Source of the DNA: Octopus bimaculoides | Taxonomy: Eukaryota | DNA length: 51,014 bases | NCBI RefSeq assembly: GCF_001194135.2 | Contig: NC_068983.1 | Span: forward strand, 35,745,369-35,796,382 | Reading direction: 5' to 3' | Shown here: positions 11,783 to 23,606 of the stretch, one piece after another | Layout: each line of letters starts with the position of its first letter | Position numbering within the stretch: position 1 is the stretch's first letter | Notes under the pieces: model-generated | The model's database searches: none | Seen by the model: the letters and a program-made list of their open reading frames with translations, nothing else | What the model was told of the DNA's origin: nothing | Position numbers and translations under genes: made by a program

Positions 11783-12231
11783 GTAAATGTTCATATATAT
11801 TATCACCACTGACAGAGCACAAAATACTCTGCCTTTTATGAAATAGCAGTAATACAAATCACTATATTTAGATTAGACAGCAAATGTCTAAAATGTTGAT
11901 GGACCTAGAAACTTTACTGTTCCAAACAAACTGAAAATTCATAAGAAAATATAAAAGAAAGAAGAAAAAAAACTTCATAAAGAATGTTACAACTTGAACA
12001 CAGTTGGCTTTCAAAACAACATGTTTAAAAGAAAAGCTCCTCACTCCACATATAAAAAATATGTAAAGAATGTATATAAGTATGATGTGTGAGTTTGGTA
12101 GAATAGAAGAAACTGAATTCAATAAATGAATGCATATTCTTTTTTATGCTTTATTTTTAATCTTTTCTATTATCTTTTTGACTTGAAATTTTCTAACTTT
12201 CAGCTGATCAAAAAAAATGATTATATAAATA

Positions 12232-13020
12232 GAAGGTGGTATCAAAAAATTCCCAGCATAGTTCTGTAGCACACCAACAGATGGCAGCACATGAGGCAGT
12301 GTGCCAAGTCACATCGCTTTATTTACTTTGTAAGTTGTGATATTTGTGTTTTTGCGACCACATGTATGTTGTAGTCTGTGATTTTTGTCATGGACAGGAA
12401 TGAAGAGCCAACATGAAATTTTGCGTTAAACTTGGGAAGTCTGTTACAGAGACATTGAGCATGCTTCAGCGAACTTATGGCGATGAGGCAATGGATCGCA
12501 TGCAATGCTTCGAGTGGCACCATCACTTCAAAAGCAGAAAAATGTCCCTGGAAGACAATGAGCAATCTGAAAGACCTACCACAAGTGTCACCTCCAGAAA
12601 TGAGGAGAAAATTGATTAGCTTGTGCATGAGGATCGTCTGAGGACAATCAATGATGTGTTGAAGTGTTTGAGGGAGGACATTCATACAAAGCAACCAGAC
12701 CAGTGGAGTACGAAGAATTGGATTCTTCATGACGACAATGCACCCATCACCGAGCTCTCCTAACTCATGAGTTTCTCACCAAAAACCCTATTCACCAGAT
12801 TTTGCACCTGTAAGCTTCCATCTCCTCTCCAAGATGAAAATGTAGATCAAAGGTTGCCATTTTAACACTGCTGTTGAGCTCCAGAGCACATCATCGAGGA
12901 TCTTTGACTCGCTTACAGAAAATGACTTCCAGGTCAGATTCCAAAAGTGGCAGGAATGCTGGGATCAATATATTGCAGTGCAAGGTGACTATTTCAAAGG
13001 AGATGATGTTAAAACTTATG
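12232..13020 (+). pseudogene. Internally deleted mariner transposon remnant
   Basis: ORF 12413-12619 is a mariner N-terminal HTH (KFCVKLGKSVTETLSML...FEWHHHFK). Downstream frames give WILHDDNAP (12719-12745), PYSPDFAP (12786-12809) and a C-terminal QKWQECWDQYIAVQGDYFKG. The WVPHEL and first catalytic Asp region is missing. Confidence 0.9.
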
Positions 13021-13488
13021 AGAATATTCTCATCTAAAATGGAGATGAGTACCAACATTCTCATGTGGCAAGCTTAATAATTGTTAAGAGATTCTGCTTT
13101 ACATGAAACCATTGGTAGCCTTGTGAACCCACAAATAAAGGATATTTATCCACCAATGCAGTGATGACTCCAAGCAATATCTATTGTTCAACTCCTGCCA
13201 CATCAGACACACCAGAATGAATATCCCCTTCAACCTAGCAAAAAAAATATGCAAGCACCAGAGACACACTACTACATGAACTAAAAGATACACTCATCAC
13301 CAGGAACTACCCACCTTATATGCTTTTAATGTGCCTTACAACTCAACATTCACAAACTCAGACATCCCAAATTAAAGAAGGATTTACAACCAAAAGCCCT
13401 ACCATATATCTCCACACACAGCCCTCTTAACAATGAAGCCTTTGACACCATCCTTCAAAACATTCCCCTGCTAAAAAAGGACCACAGA

Positions 13489-14037
13489 ATGAACTTAATC
13501 CTCCAAACACACACCATCATAAAAAGCAAGAGACAACCCAAATCTATGAAAAGTCTCCTAACACAAAACAGAATACGCTCAACAACACAGAAGCCGTCAG
13601 TAAAAAAATGCGGAAGCCCCAACTGTGAGATATGCGTCAATTTAATTGAGCGATCAGAGTTCTCCTTCAAACAGGGACAATGCTTCACAGTGAAAAGCAG
13701 CTTCTCATATGCTTCGGAGAACCTGATATATGCACTAACCTGCTCTGGGTTTCAAGAGCAATACATAGGCCAAACAAAAAACAGTTTACGTCAAAGGATG
13801 GCTCTGCACAGATCCCAGACCAAAATTCCCAAAAACAGAAAAATAGCATTCAGCCAACACATTGACATTTGCGCCAATAACAAAAATCCAAGCTTCAGAA
13901 TTTTTCCTCTCTACCAATTCAGGGACGATACAACCTGTAGCCAACGAATTAGAAAAGAGACTCATTTTATTACAAAATACAGCCCCCTTTTGAACGCATC
14001 TACAACAAACGACATATCCACCATGGCCTTAGAATAA
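13489..14037 (+). CDS. PLE GIY-YIG endonuclease domain (open remnant, probably non-functional)
   Basis: CGSPNCEIC Cys-rich linker, NLIYALTCSGF-x3-YIGQT-x3-LRQRM-x2-H, and C-terminal KETHFITKYSPLLN. Positions that are usually Cys appear substituted (SYASEN, TCSGF). Confidence 0.85.
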   Translation: MNLILQTHTIIKSKRQPKSMKSLLTQNRIRSTTQKPSVKKCGSPNCEICVNLIERSEFSFKQGQCFTVKSSFSYASENLIYALTCSGFQEQYIGQTKNSLRQRMALHRSQTKIPKNRKIAFSQHIDICANNKNPSFRIFPLYQFRDDTTCSQRIRKETHFITKYSPLLNASTTNDISTMALE

Positions 14038-14560
14038 CAGAAACACACATGCAAATATTAAAAATGATACATTCAAGAGATACACAAGAATGCATTAAAA
14101 AAAACAGTCCCAATCACTACTATAACCCACAACAAGCCACTTTTAGGTCACTTGACCATTTAACATCCTACTGCTATCATACTGCCTGCATCCTTTATTA
14201 TTCTCTCTTCTCTTTCCCCTTTTTCTTCGTCCTCTCCACCACCTCCTTCTTTACTTTACTAGTGTTGCTGTTTAGAATAACAACTATGCAAATATTATAA
14301 ACAATACATTCAAAAGAGATATTTCAAGAATTCAATCACTACTACCATTCACAAGTCACTTTCAGGGCACTTGACCATTTAACATCCTACTACTATCATG
14401 GCACTCCCGCATTCTTCTTCTTTGCCAAGAATTCACAATGACCTCGAACCCACAAGAGTAAACAAGAGACACAGAGACTGGCAGAAACAAGGAAAATGCC
14501 CCTTGTATTTGAATACAATGCAAATATTCTTTTAACTTTTCCAAAATTTAATTGTTTCCC

Positions 14561-14608
14561 ATACTTGAAGTTGAAAAAGTCTCAATGACTGAAACCGGTA
14601 CTGAAATG
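14561..14608 (+). ncRNA. Decayed minimal type I hammerhead ribozyme at the PLE 3' end
   Basis: TTGAAAA (14571-14577, two transitions from CTGAAGA), stem II AGTC/GACT, GAAA, palindromic CCGG, then TA cleavage triplet. Confidence 0.6.
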
Positions 14609-14645
14609 TTTTTTATAAAATTATGTTATCGTTTTCTATCTTGAC

Positions 14646-14653
14646 TTTTTTTC

Positions 14654-14697
<44 letters not shown>

Positions 14698-14780
14698 AAG
14701 TTAAGGCATTTATACAAATATATGTTTTATATATGAATATGCAAGCTCTTTGATTATATATGCTATGTGTGTAGACAGAC

Positions 14781-14828
<48 letters not shown>
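14646..14828. repeat. (TA)n and (GATA)n microsatellites
   Basis: (TA)n at about 14646-14691 and (GATA)n at about 14780-14828. Confidence 0.9.
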
Positions 14829-15253
14829 CAGTGTTTTTGGTTCACACTGTGTTATGTATGCATAAATATATTGTTGAATTAATGACAAGCTGTCAAAGGC
14901 ACAAAATATACAAATTGCCCTAATTCATGACTGCTTCACAGGCTGTTGATCTATACCATTGATTGAGGAAAGAAGTGGAGTATGTCTTTGCAGAGCAGTC
15001 AACAAACCATGAAATGGTACCTTGAAGGACTCATTCCTTCCCACTTTTTATTTTTTCTGTATATCAATGGTATAAAAGGAATATGTTTACATTTTTATTC
15101 AACCCACAGTGAGGCTTTATATTTAAACTTTATTTCAGTTCTTAGTTACATGGTTATATATAAATATGGAGAGAGTATCAAAGTGCATGAGTTTTTATAT
15201 ATGAAATGTATATTTGTATATATGTATATCTTAACAAGCATCTATATAATTTA

Positions 15254-15297
<44 letters not shown>

Positions 15298-15674
15298 TAA
15301 AAGAACATTCTCAACTGTTTTTAATCAATATTATATAAGAACTGATATATGTCTGACCTTATAATTTAAGAAAATATTCTGAAAGTAAGATCTTTGTAAA
15401 CTTTAAAAACTTTTTATACAGAAGATTTAAATCTTTATAACCATAGTTGCATCATCGAATATGTAGTTTCTACAGGTATTGCGGTTTGAGTAGTTGAATA
15501 TTTCATTACTCACATTAGAAGACCTGTCTATTTTAAGCTGACCTACAATGGAATATAGATACATATGTTAATAAAAGCATTTCTGATTCCACTACTGAAA
15601 TGGCATATCAGAACTAATTCAAACAGTTAGTTGGCATTGTCTTTATGTTATGTGATGTTCATGTCTCTGTAGAT

Positions 15675-16233
15675 CAGGGGTTGCCAAAGGGTGCCTGAGG
15701 GACCCCCTAACGGTTGGCGAGGAATTACAGGGGGTCAATGATAACCAAGGGGTCGACATGTGAAAGACCAACTCACCCAGATGAACTGCTTGAAATACTT
15801 GGTCAGTGCCATGCTCATCCCTCACATTGATGTTGTCAGTTTCAATAAAAGATATTCCAGCATTATGATGCATTTTTCACATTTTCTAATCATGAAAACA
15901 ATTTCATAAAAATTGAAAGTTTAATACTGTATACTCATACATATAGTTTTAAATGTAAAAAGTGAGTCATCTTCAATAGAATTTCTAAATTTGTCGTACA
16001 TATATATTTTAGCTAACATTTTAATTGCCAGCATCAGTACCTGGTGTGCATTTAAGATATGGTACAGTAGGGTAGGGTATTAAGATATTTTAAATGAGGG
16101 TGATCAAAGCAGAAGGAAAAATGGCTAAAGGGGGTCGATGCAGAAGGAGAAGTGGCTAAAAGAGGTCGATGTGAAAGGAGAAGTGGCTAAAGGAGGGAGG
16201 GGTCGATGGTAAAAAAAAGTTTGGTGACCCCTG
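15675..16233. mobile_element. hAT MITE, 559 bp
   Basis: TIRs CAGGGGTTGCCAAA / TTTGGTGACCCCTG (12/14). TSD CTGTAGAT (15667-15674) / CTGTAGGT (16234-16241). Subterminal repeats of about 31 bp. Confidence 0.9.
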
Positions 16234-16509
16234 CTGTAGGTAACCAAATTAGCAGCTTTACACTTTACAGGTCCTGAGCTGGCTTATTCAGCCAGTATTA
16301 GCATAAAATCCACAGTTGGATACATAATAACTGAGTCAGGATCTAATTCTGAGAACTGTACTGCAGATAATACAACACTACATCCTCAGTGAGTCATCTT
16401 CAGCAAAATGTTCCCAAGAAGACTGCTCCAAGCTGCACTTTTCCAAGATTGTCGAGGGAGTGTCTTTGTATTTCTTCTTTGGTCTACCAAAGAAGAGATA
16501 CAAAGATAC

Positions 16510-16880
16510 TAACCCCAATTTCTGACCTCCTTATTCCACCGATTGTAATCCTAAGATTACAATATGTGGGGCACAGTTGAGAAAGACTCAAAACTGCTCT
16601 GCTTATAACACCAAGGCTGAACTGGTGATCAAAGATCAAGATGGTTGAAGATCTTTTCTGGGACACCATGAGGAATACATGTGCCAGGTCCTGGAGTCAT
16701 CTTGAGGTTGTGGTGGAAGCTGAGGGCAGGTATTTTGAGTAAACTACTATCGCCCAACCATAATCTAGTTGATATTGTGATTTTTTAAAAAATACTTTAT
16801 TTTTGGATAGGATATTGTGTTGTATTTTTTTTCCTTTATGCAAAGTGCCAAATTTAGCTCAAATACTTAAACACCCTGTA
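16510..16880 (+). pseudogene. 3' end of a maT/DD37D-like Tc1-mariner element
   Basis: Translation PNF*PPYSTDCNP/DYNMWGTVEKD...RSWSHLEVVVEAEGRYFE* resembles the WPPNSPDCNPLDYxVWG C-terminus. The right TIR ends CACCCTG followed by TA (16879-16880). Confidence 0.75.
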
Positions 16881-16886
16881 TGTGTA

Positions 16887-16889
<3 letters not shown>

Positions 16890-16966
<77 letters not shown>
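16890..16966. repeat. (CA)n(TA)n compound microsatellite
   Basis: Directly visible. Confidence 0.95.
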
Positions 16967-16968
<2 letters not shown>

Positions 16969-17224
16969 CCCAATGTCCCTCAAGGGCATGTCTCAACAAA
17001 TCTTCAGCACCATCTCTCTCACTATTGCTCTCTTCATCTTATTCACTGACTCACCTGCTCTCTTTAGTTTACTCTCTAACCTACCTTCTTTTCTTTTTCA
17101 GCTGGAGTATTCATGTAGGACACCTGTCCCTGTCCCTCTATACCTCTTATCTCTCATCAACTAGCACAAAGCCACACCTCCCCGCTCACTACTACTCTTT
17201 CATCCCAGCTGAGATGATTTTTGT

Positions 17225-17432
17225 CTTGCTAGTTGCTGGGTGACTGTTGATGCTGGTGCCATGTAAAAAGCAGCCACTACACTCTATAAAATGGGAAGCA
17301 TTAGGAAGGGCATCCAGCTCTAGAAACCATACCAAACCAGACAATGGAACCTGGTGCAGCCCTCAGCCTTACTAGCTTGTTTCAAACAGTCTAACCCATG
17401 CCAACTGCCAACACAGAAAACAGACATTAAAT
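17225..17432 (+). mobile_element. Family C fragment
   Basis: GGTGCCATGTAAAAAGCA...TTAGGAAGGGCATCCAGCTCTAGAAA...AAAACAGACATTAAATG. Confidence 0.7.
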
Positions 17433-17579
17433 GTGTGTGTGTGTGTGTGTGTGTGTGTATACACATACACACACACATACATATATGTATAACTAAATCA
17501 TCAATGGCAACATGAGTAAACATAATTAATACTGTAAATGTTATACATTGAACTAGTCTATCTGGCATACACATTCTAC

Positions 17580-18025
17580 AACCACTATCTATCCCTCTGT
17601 CCTGGCCTCTACTTCACTCCTATACCCTTCTGTCCCTTCCTCCTTGTTCCACTTCCTCCCTCCACCATCCTCTCTGCTCTCATGTGACCTGTGGTCAGCT
17701 TTCTTTTCACTCCAGCCGTTGTGAAGGCAAGACGAACTACTAGCGTTCTACCTCAGATTCGCGTTTGGCCGTACGGCTTTTGAATGTTGTTTTCACTGTC
17801 CAATTTTTCCTGTCTTGGTTTGTGTTTGCCACCTTGGAATCCTCTGTGTAGTGGGTTGATCCACTACTCAGGAAAAGACTATTCTAGAGTACTTCTGTCT
17901 TATCTTCGAAACGTCAGGTTAGAATAGAGACAGCTGATGAAGGAATATTCCAAGTGGCTTTCCGTTTTCCTATGTGTTCGTTCCGTTGTCTGTAGTTCAT
18001 TGTTCTAACGTCCTGTACCCTGATA
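17580..18025 (+). mobile_element. Probable PLE terminal-repeat remnant with a broken hammerhead
   Basis: Complementary arms CTATTCTA (17879-17886) and TAGAATAG (17920-17927) flank CGAAACGTC. An additional CTGATGA lies at 17934-17940, with pyrimidine-rich UTR-like sequence upstream. Confidence 0.5.
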
Positions 18026-18544
18026 TGCATATATATACACATGTAGATGTAAGTATGTACATATATGTGTGTATACATGTATATATTTATATATATATAA
18101 TTACTATTAATTTAACATTTCCATTTCCATGCTTGCATGGATCAGGCAAAACTTGTTGATGCAGATTTTCTATGCCTGGACAGACCATCAATACATAACA
18201 CAATGGCCTTATTTCATACAACCAACCAATATGTAATGCCATATGGCCCAATTTTATCCTCACCATTTGATTGGCTATCTCTGTTATCACATATCTGTTG
18301 AAGCATAACTGGACTAGGGCTGGTTGAAGCTACATAGAAGCAAGCTGTGTTGTCTGGCAATGAATTGACTTGCTTCATCAAATCTTTGAACATTGTAACT
18401 CCTGGAGTACCAATACAGTATAAGTTATCAATAAATATACTTTATCATATATTGATGAATTTGGTTTCACTATGAATTTACACTCACAAGTCCTTTTCTG
18501 CAGCTTGTGATGGACATTGACCCAACCAGTTTCACTGTCTTTAA

Positions 18545-18765
18545 CTCGTTAACATTTAAACTGGCCATATCCAGCCAAAATATTCTACCTGTTTTATGTT
18601 CAAACAGCCCAGATGTGGTTTCTCACACCAATCCTATAATGTCATTCTAAAAAATTAGCAATCATGTCATCAAAATCTCATAGCTACAAGATAACGCATG
18701 ATTAATTCAAGACAATGTGACTAAATAAACATTACTTTTGACAGAACAATGTGAATGTTAAAGGG
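18545..18765. mobile_element. TTAA/piggyBac-type MITE (family E)
   Basis: Flanked by TTAA (18541-18544, 18766-18769). Right end AATGTTAAAGGG. Homologous to 43801-44018 and 44387-44604. Confidence 0.8.
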
Positions 18766-21421
18766 TTAAAGCATTGACTGATCAGCTTATTTCTCCTTCC
18801 CAAGATGCAGAGATAAAGTAATGGAAAGATACATAGAGAAATGTAAATAAAATTGTGCCAGGTACAGCTTATTTGTGTGGAGGTACATGGTTGACACCTT
18901 AATAATTACTAGAGTATCAAAACAGCATCAATTATGAATAACTATACAAGGGGAAAAGTTTTTGGCTTTGGTAAAAGAAAATACAAGAGGATCAGTTAGT
19001 TATGATTTTATTCAACATACTCCCTTCTCAGATTCACACACTTATTTGCAGCAGTCCTTCAGTTTTTCTAAGCCCTGTAAAAGCACTCAGAAGGTTGGGC
19101 CTCGAACCAGGCCTTTTGCAATATCCTTAAAGTCAGGAACTTTTCAACACCATCTCATATTTACACATATAAGTTTATTTATAAGAAAATGAGTTAGATT
19201 ACTAAAACAGGGAATACTTGCATTTAAGTGAGACAGAAATAGTTGATCAATACAATGAGACAAAACAGACTGTTCTTCTTTAACACACATACACATATGA
19301 TATAGAGAAAGCCAAATGCTCAGGAGCAGCTGCCCTAAGGTAAACTGCTTTACACTAGACTGGAAGCCCTTGCAATTGATAGTACAGAACATTATTGACA
19401 TTCCATTCTGATCCCATGAGAGAAATTCACCAGCAGACAACATTATTGCAGACACTAGCAAAGCCAACCAATTGCATATTGTTTATTTTACTGACATTTG
19501 GAAACTGTTACTAGTATGTTTGGAGATAGTTTATTCCCTAGGACAATCACAAAGCAGAACAGTGTTCTCTACTATAAATAGTTATTAGTATGCTGAGGAC
19601 ATGCTTTTACATTTGTTATCATTATAATTTAATTGCCAAGTATTAATTGTTCTCCTGCAATTATTTGTTTTTCAGCTACTCATCTTGATAATCTACTTCA
19701 TTCTAGTCAAGCTTTGATTATATAGTACAATTAATTGTTTAGTAATAGGTTAAAAATGCAATATGAATGCCAAGATATGTTACATCTGTCTTGACAGCAA
19801 CTAATCTTTAATTTGTATATATTTGAAGATTTTAAATATGTGTCCACAGTGCAATTAGGAAGATAGATTTGGTTGGTGCAGGGCAGTTTTGCATCACAAG
19901 GATTCACTGGAAATGGCTGGCACAGTTACCAGGCGACACACTATAATGCAGTTGGATTCCTACTGACTAAAGAAAATGTTATTAACAGACCATTAAGTAG
20001 AGACCAGTTAACTCTAGCACATCAAATATGCATGTAACACAAATGGTAAGCTTAGAATGCTACACTACCATTTGGTTTTGGGGTACCTTTAACAAAATTC
20101 CTTCTGTTGCAAATTAAGATTAATATCCAGCTTTCAGATAGTCAAAATCAAGAGAGTGTTTCTACATGATTGTTCAACCTACAAGATATGGCAGCTGAAT
20201 TTCCCTCAAATCAATGAACAATACTGATATTTAAAAAAATGAGATGGCAATGATAGTGAATAAAAACTGTTTTGCATGAAAGTATGTTAAATAATTCTGA
20301 TTAGCTTTTCTTCACCTTCCCCTTTTAAGTGCTATGGATTTCATAAAAATTGAGAAAAATACATATTTTCACAAATTTCGTAAGTGAACACTTTGAAGTT
20401 ATATTTCCAATCATACAAATCACTTCGAATATAGGTTTAGCAAGTTTAAAGTGGTTTCTTTTGTACTGTAAACCATTTACCATTTCTTTGGTGCATCCCT
20501 TCCCTTGATGCCCTAAGCACATGCTTATTTTGCTTAATGGTTAATCCAGAGCTATGTGGAGGCCAAGTGAACAGATCATACATGTGATCTGAGAACCCAA
20601 CTTTGTCAAATATTATGAGATAGCTTTGCCTCAAGATTATGTGTGGGCATAATTATTTGAGGTATACTCAGTCAGTCATACTATAATCCAATGATTAAGT
20701 AATTCTTTTCATTAAATAACTGAAACATTTGTTCATGAAACCTGACAAGACTCACTCATATGTAAATTAAATTGACAAACAAAGCAAACATTTGAAATGA
20801 TTCTGATTCCATCCCATAGCCTTTTCTGGATATTCTAACTACATTTTGAACCAATCTACAGCTGGACTATTGTCAGCAATCTGTTTCAGTAACTATTCTA
20901 TTAAATGTTACCTCTCTCACTCTCACTCTCTCTCTAGGAGTTTAATCTGATGATTTGAGAATTTACAGTTTAAATGTGATAGCTGTAGCAATAAAAGTGA
21001 TATCAGAATCGAGTATTGGATTACCATTTCATCAGTGATGGCTAAAATTTATTATGAGAAATATTGTAAGTAACTCCCTGTGTTTCATGACAGAACACTT
21101 TATCACTTCCTTCCATGTGACTCAGGTCAGAAAGTTGCCAGAAATAGATACCTAACAGAAATAAATTTGTTTTCTATTTATAGTTATGTCAGATCATTTA
21201 TAATTAAGCACTTTGCTCTAATTACAGATGTTAAACAAAAATATTTTCTCCTGAGTAGTAATTGTTATGGATATTGTAAGTCATCAAGGGAACCTCGAAT
21301 CAGAACGAGGAACCATTGTAGTACCCGGGGCAAATTGTAAATGTAGAACTTTTAGAGGTACACCAGTGCCAGGAAAAATAATGGATCTTTAATTTCACAA
21401 ATTCATAAGTATATATAACTT

Positions 21422-21830
21422 GTGTAGGAACAGCGGTGTGGTTAAGAAGTTTGCTTCCCAACCAAGTGGTCTTGGGTTCAGTCCCACTGTGTGATACCTT
21501 GGACAAGTGTCATCTGCTATAGTCCTGGGGTGACGAAAGCTTTGTGAGTTGATTTGGTGGATGGGAATTGAAAGAAACTCATCGTATACAAATACATGTA
21601 TGCACATGTGTGTGTGTGTGTGTGTGTGTACCCTTGTCTTGACATTATATGATGGGTTTAAATCGTCATCGTTATTGTCGTTGTCATCATCATCATCATC
21701 ATGCATGGGAAAATATTACCTTTCTTGGAAACAGGTGAGGTCTTGTGAGAGGAATGGCATCCAGACATAGAAAATCTATCTCAACAAATTCCATCTGATC
21801 CATGCAAGCATGAAAAAGTGGAGATGATGA
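21422..21830 (+). mobile_element. SINE family G (family A head with a different (GAT)n-ending tail)
   Basis: Head GTGTGGTTAAGAAGTTTGCTTCCCAACC...GGTTCAGTCCCACTG and CORE-like CCTTGGACAAGTGTC, then (GT)n. Tail GGCATCCAGACATAGAAAATC...CCATGCAAGCATG. Confidence 0.8.
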
Positions 21831-21944
21831 CCTGTATTAAATTACTGCTCTGGTTTTAAGGCTTAAACCTTTTCTCTCATTTAGGTTTTTAGATACTTCA
21901 TTGTTTAACAGTTTCAATATTAAGTATGGACAAAGGGACCTTCC

Positions 21945-22200
21945 ATTCCTACTTTAATTGACCACTTGATCTAATAGAGTAGCCAAATCTCCCTCACATC
22001 AAACCCTACCATGTGTAAGATGACTGAAAGGATGTATTGGTTAATGTAGTTTTATTATATACACAATATTCCAAAACAGACAGGAATATAAAAGGCTAGA
22101 ATCCCTGAAAGAAGTCTGCCAATCAGGATTGCTCTGGCTTTAGGCCTTTCTGTGCTGCTCAGTGCATTAGGCTGACCGAAGGTTAAATAACAAGAACTAT
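21945..22200 (+). mobile_element. Family D copy
   Basis: GACCACTTGATCT...GTAGCCAAATCTCCCTCACATCAAACCCTACC...GGTTAAATAACAA. Confidence 0.6.
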
Positions 22201-23217
22201 AAGCAGCTGTGTGGTTTTGAAAGGGTTAATAGTTAAAATAATGAATAGTATTTGCATTCTATGTAGTTACTGCTCTAACTTTAATTCCTAGAATTATCTC
22301 AGTAGCCTTCATTACATCACAAGTACAACCAGCAGCTGCGGACTTGAAATAGAAAAACATAATAAAACTTTCTGACAAAGCTATGTTATCAACACCTATT
22401 TCGTTAGCCATGATTTTAATTCAAGGATTTTGTTGTTTATCCACTTTTGCTTCAGATGAAAACAATTCCTGTTTAAATAGGCTCCATTGCACAAAACATT
22501 CTGCTTCCATTCTTATTTCCTGTAAGTCTTAGCTACTTTCTATCTTCAAACTATTCTTAGAGCTAGCTGTCAGTATAATCTTAACTTAATTCAGTGAGTT
22601 TTGTTTTTGCTAGCTTTTTTTTTTTTTTTCCCCCCCACCTTTGCGGCTACTTTTCGGCTCAGATCACACAACCTGCAATCTTGTGGTTTCAAACATGATA
22701 ATTGTTTGGATTAAATTACAATATCTTCTACCTGTTCTATATTTTAACTGATCTTAGCCAGTGTCTAATATATGTTGAAGACGCAATAATTTAGCCGAAA
22801 CTTAAAGAAAGTCACAATCATCATTTTCACCTTATTCATGTTCATTTTACCGCATTTCATGAGTTGGACAGGTTTACAATCATATAAGTATACTGTTTAC
22901 TTTAGTCAGACTGGTGTCTTCATCATGATTGTTGCTTCTTCAGGTGTCTTGTGTTGAACTTGTTTGTTGTATTGGAATTTTGAACCCTACTCTATATTTG
23001 ATCTATGGGGGTAAACTGTTCTCACTGTGTTGTAATAATACACATCTCTCTATATACCTACTTGTGTAGAATATTTGATTATTTATTTGATAATCTATTC
23101 TTGCATCGTTATTCAGGCAAGTATCAGTGAAGCATGGACTTCACGGATACAGTAATAAGAAGAATGAAACATTTCAGAGTTGTTTCCTGTACTTCGTAAA
23201 ATAGTCAAAACAATGCT

Positions 23218-23606
23218 AGGTACAGTCATGGTCGTGTAGTTATTAAGCTTGCTTCCCAACTGTGTGATTTCAAGTTCAGTTCCACTGCATGACATCCTGG
23301 GTAGGTGCCTTATACCATAATCTCAGGCCAACCAAAACCTTTTGAGTGGATTTGGCAGACAAAAACTGAAAGAAGCTAGTTGTGTATGTATGTGTGTGTG
23401 TGTGTGTGTGTATGAATGTATCTATATTTGTATGTTTCCTGGTCTTGACATCAAGTGATGGTTCAAAATGTGTGTCACCATCATACAACCGATATCGTTC
23501 ATTTCCAATATCCTGCAAAAATATGTCTGACCATAGAGAATCTGCCTCAATGAATTATGATTGACTCATGCAAGTGAACATGATGATGATGATGATGATG
23601 ATGATG
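23218..23606 (+). mobile_element. SINE family G copy
   Basis: Same head, (GT)n and tail as 21422-21830. Ends in (GAT)n. Confidence 0.75.

Larger units (their letters stand above)
13100..14640 (+). mobile_element. 5'-truncated Penelope-like retroelement (PLE)
   Basis: RT C-terminal remnant (DSKQYLLFNSCH..HTRMNIPFNLAKK, about 13160-13250), then KSKRQPKSMKSLLT and a GIY-YIG ORF. The 3' UTR has an internal repeat and a hammerhead remnant, and ends at (TA)n. Confidence 0.85.

Noticed and set aside
19850-20035. Stop-free ~60-codon stretch in GC-richer sequence
   Set aside because: No ATG, no convincing donor and no recognisable homology.
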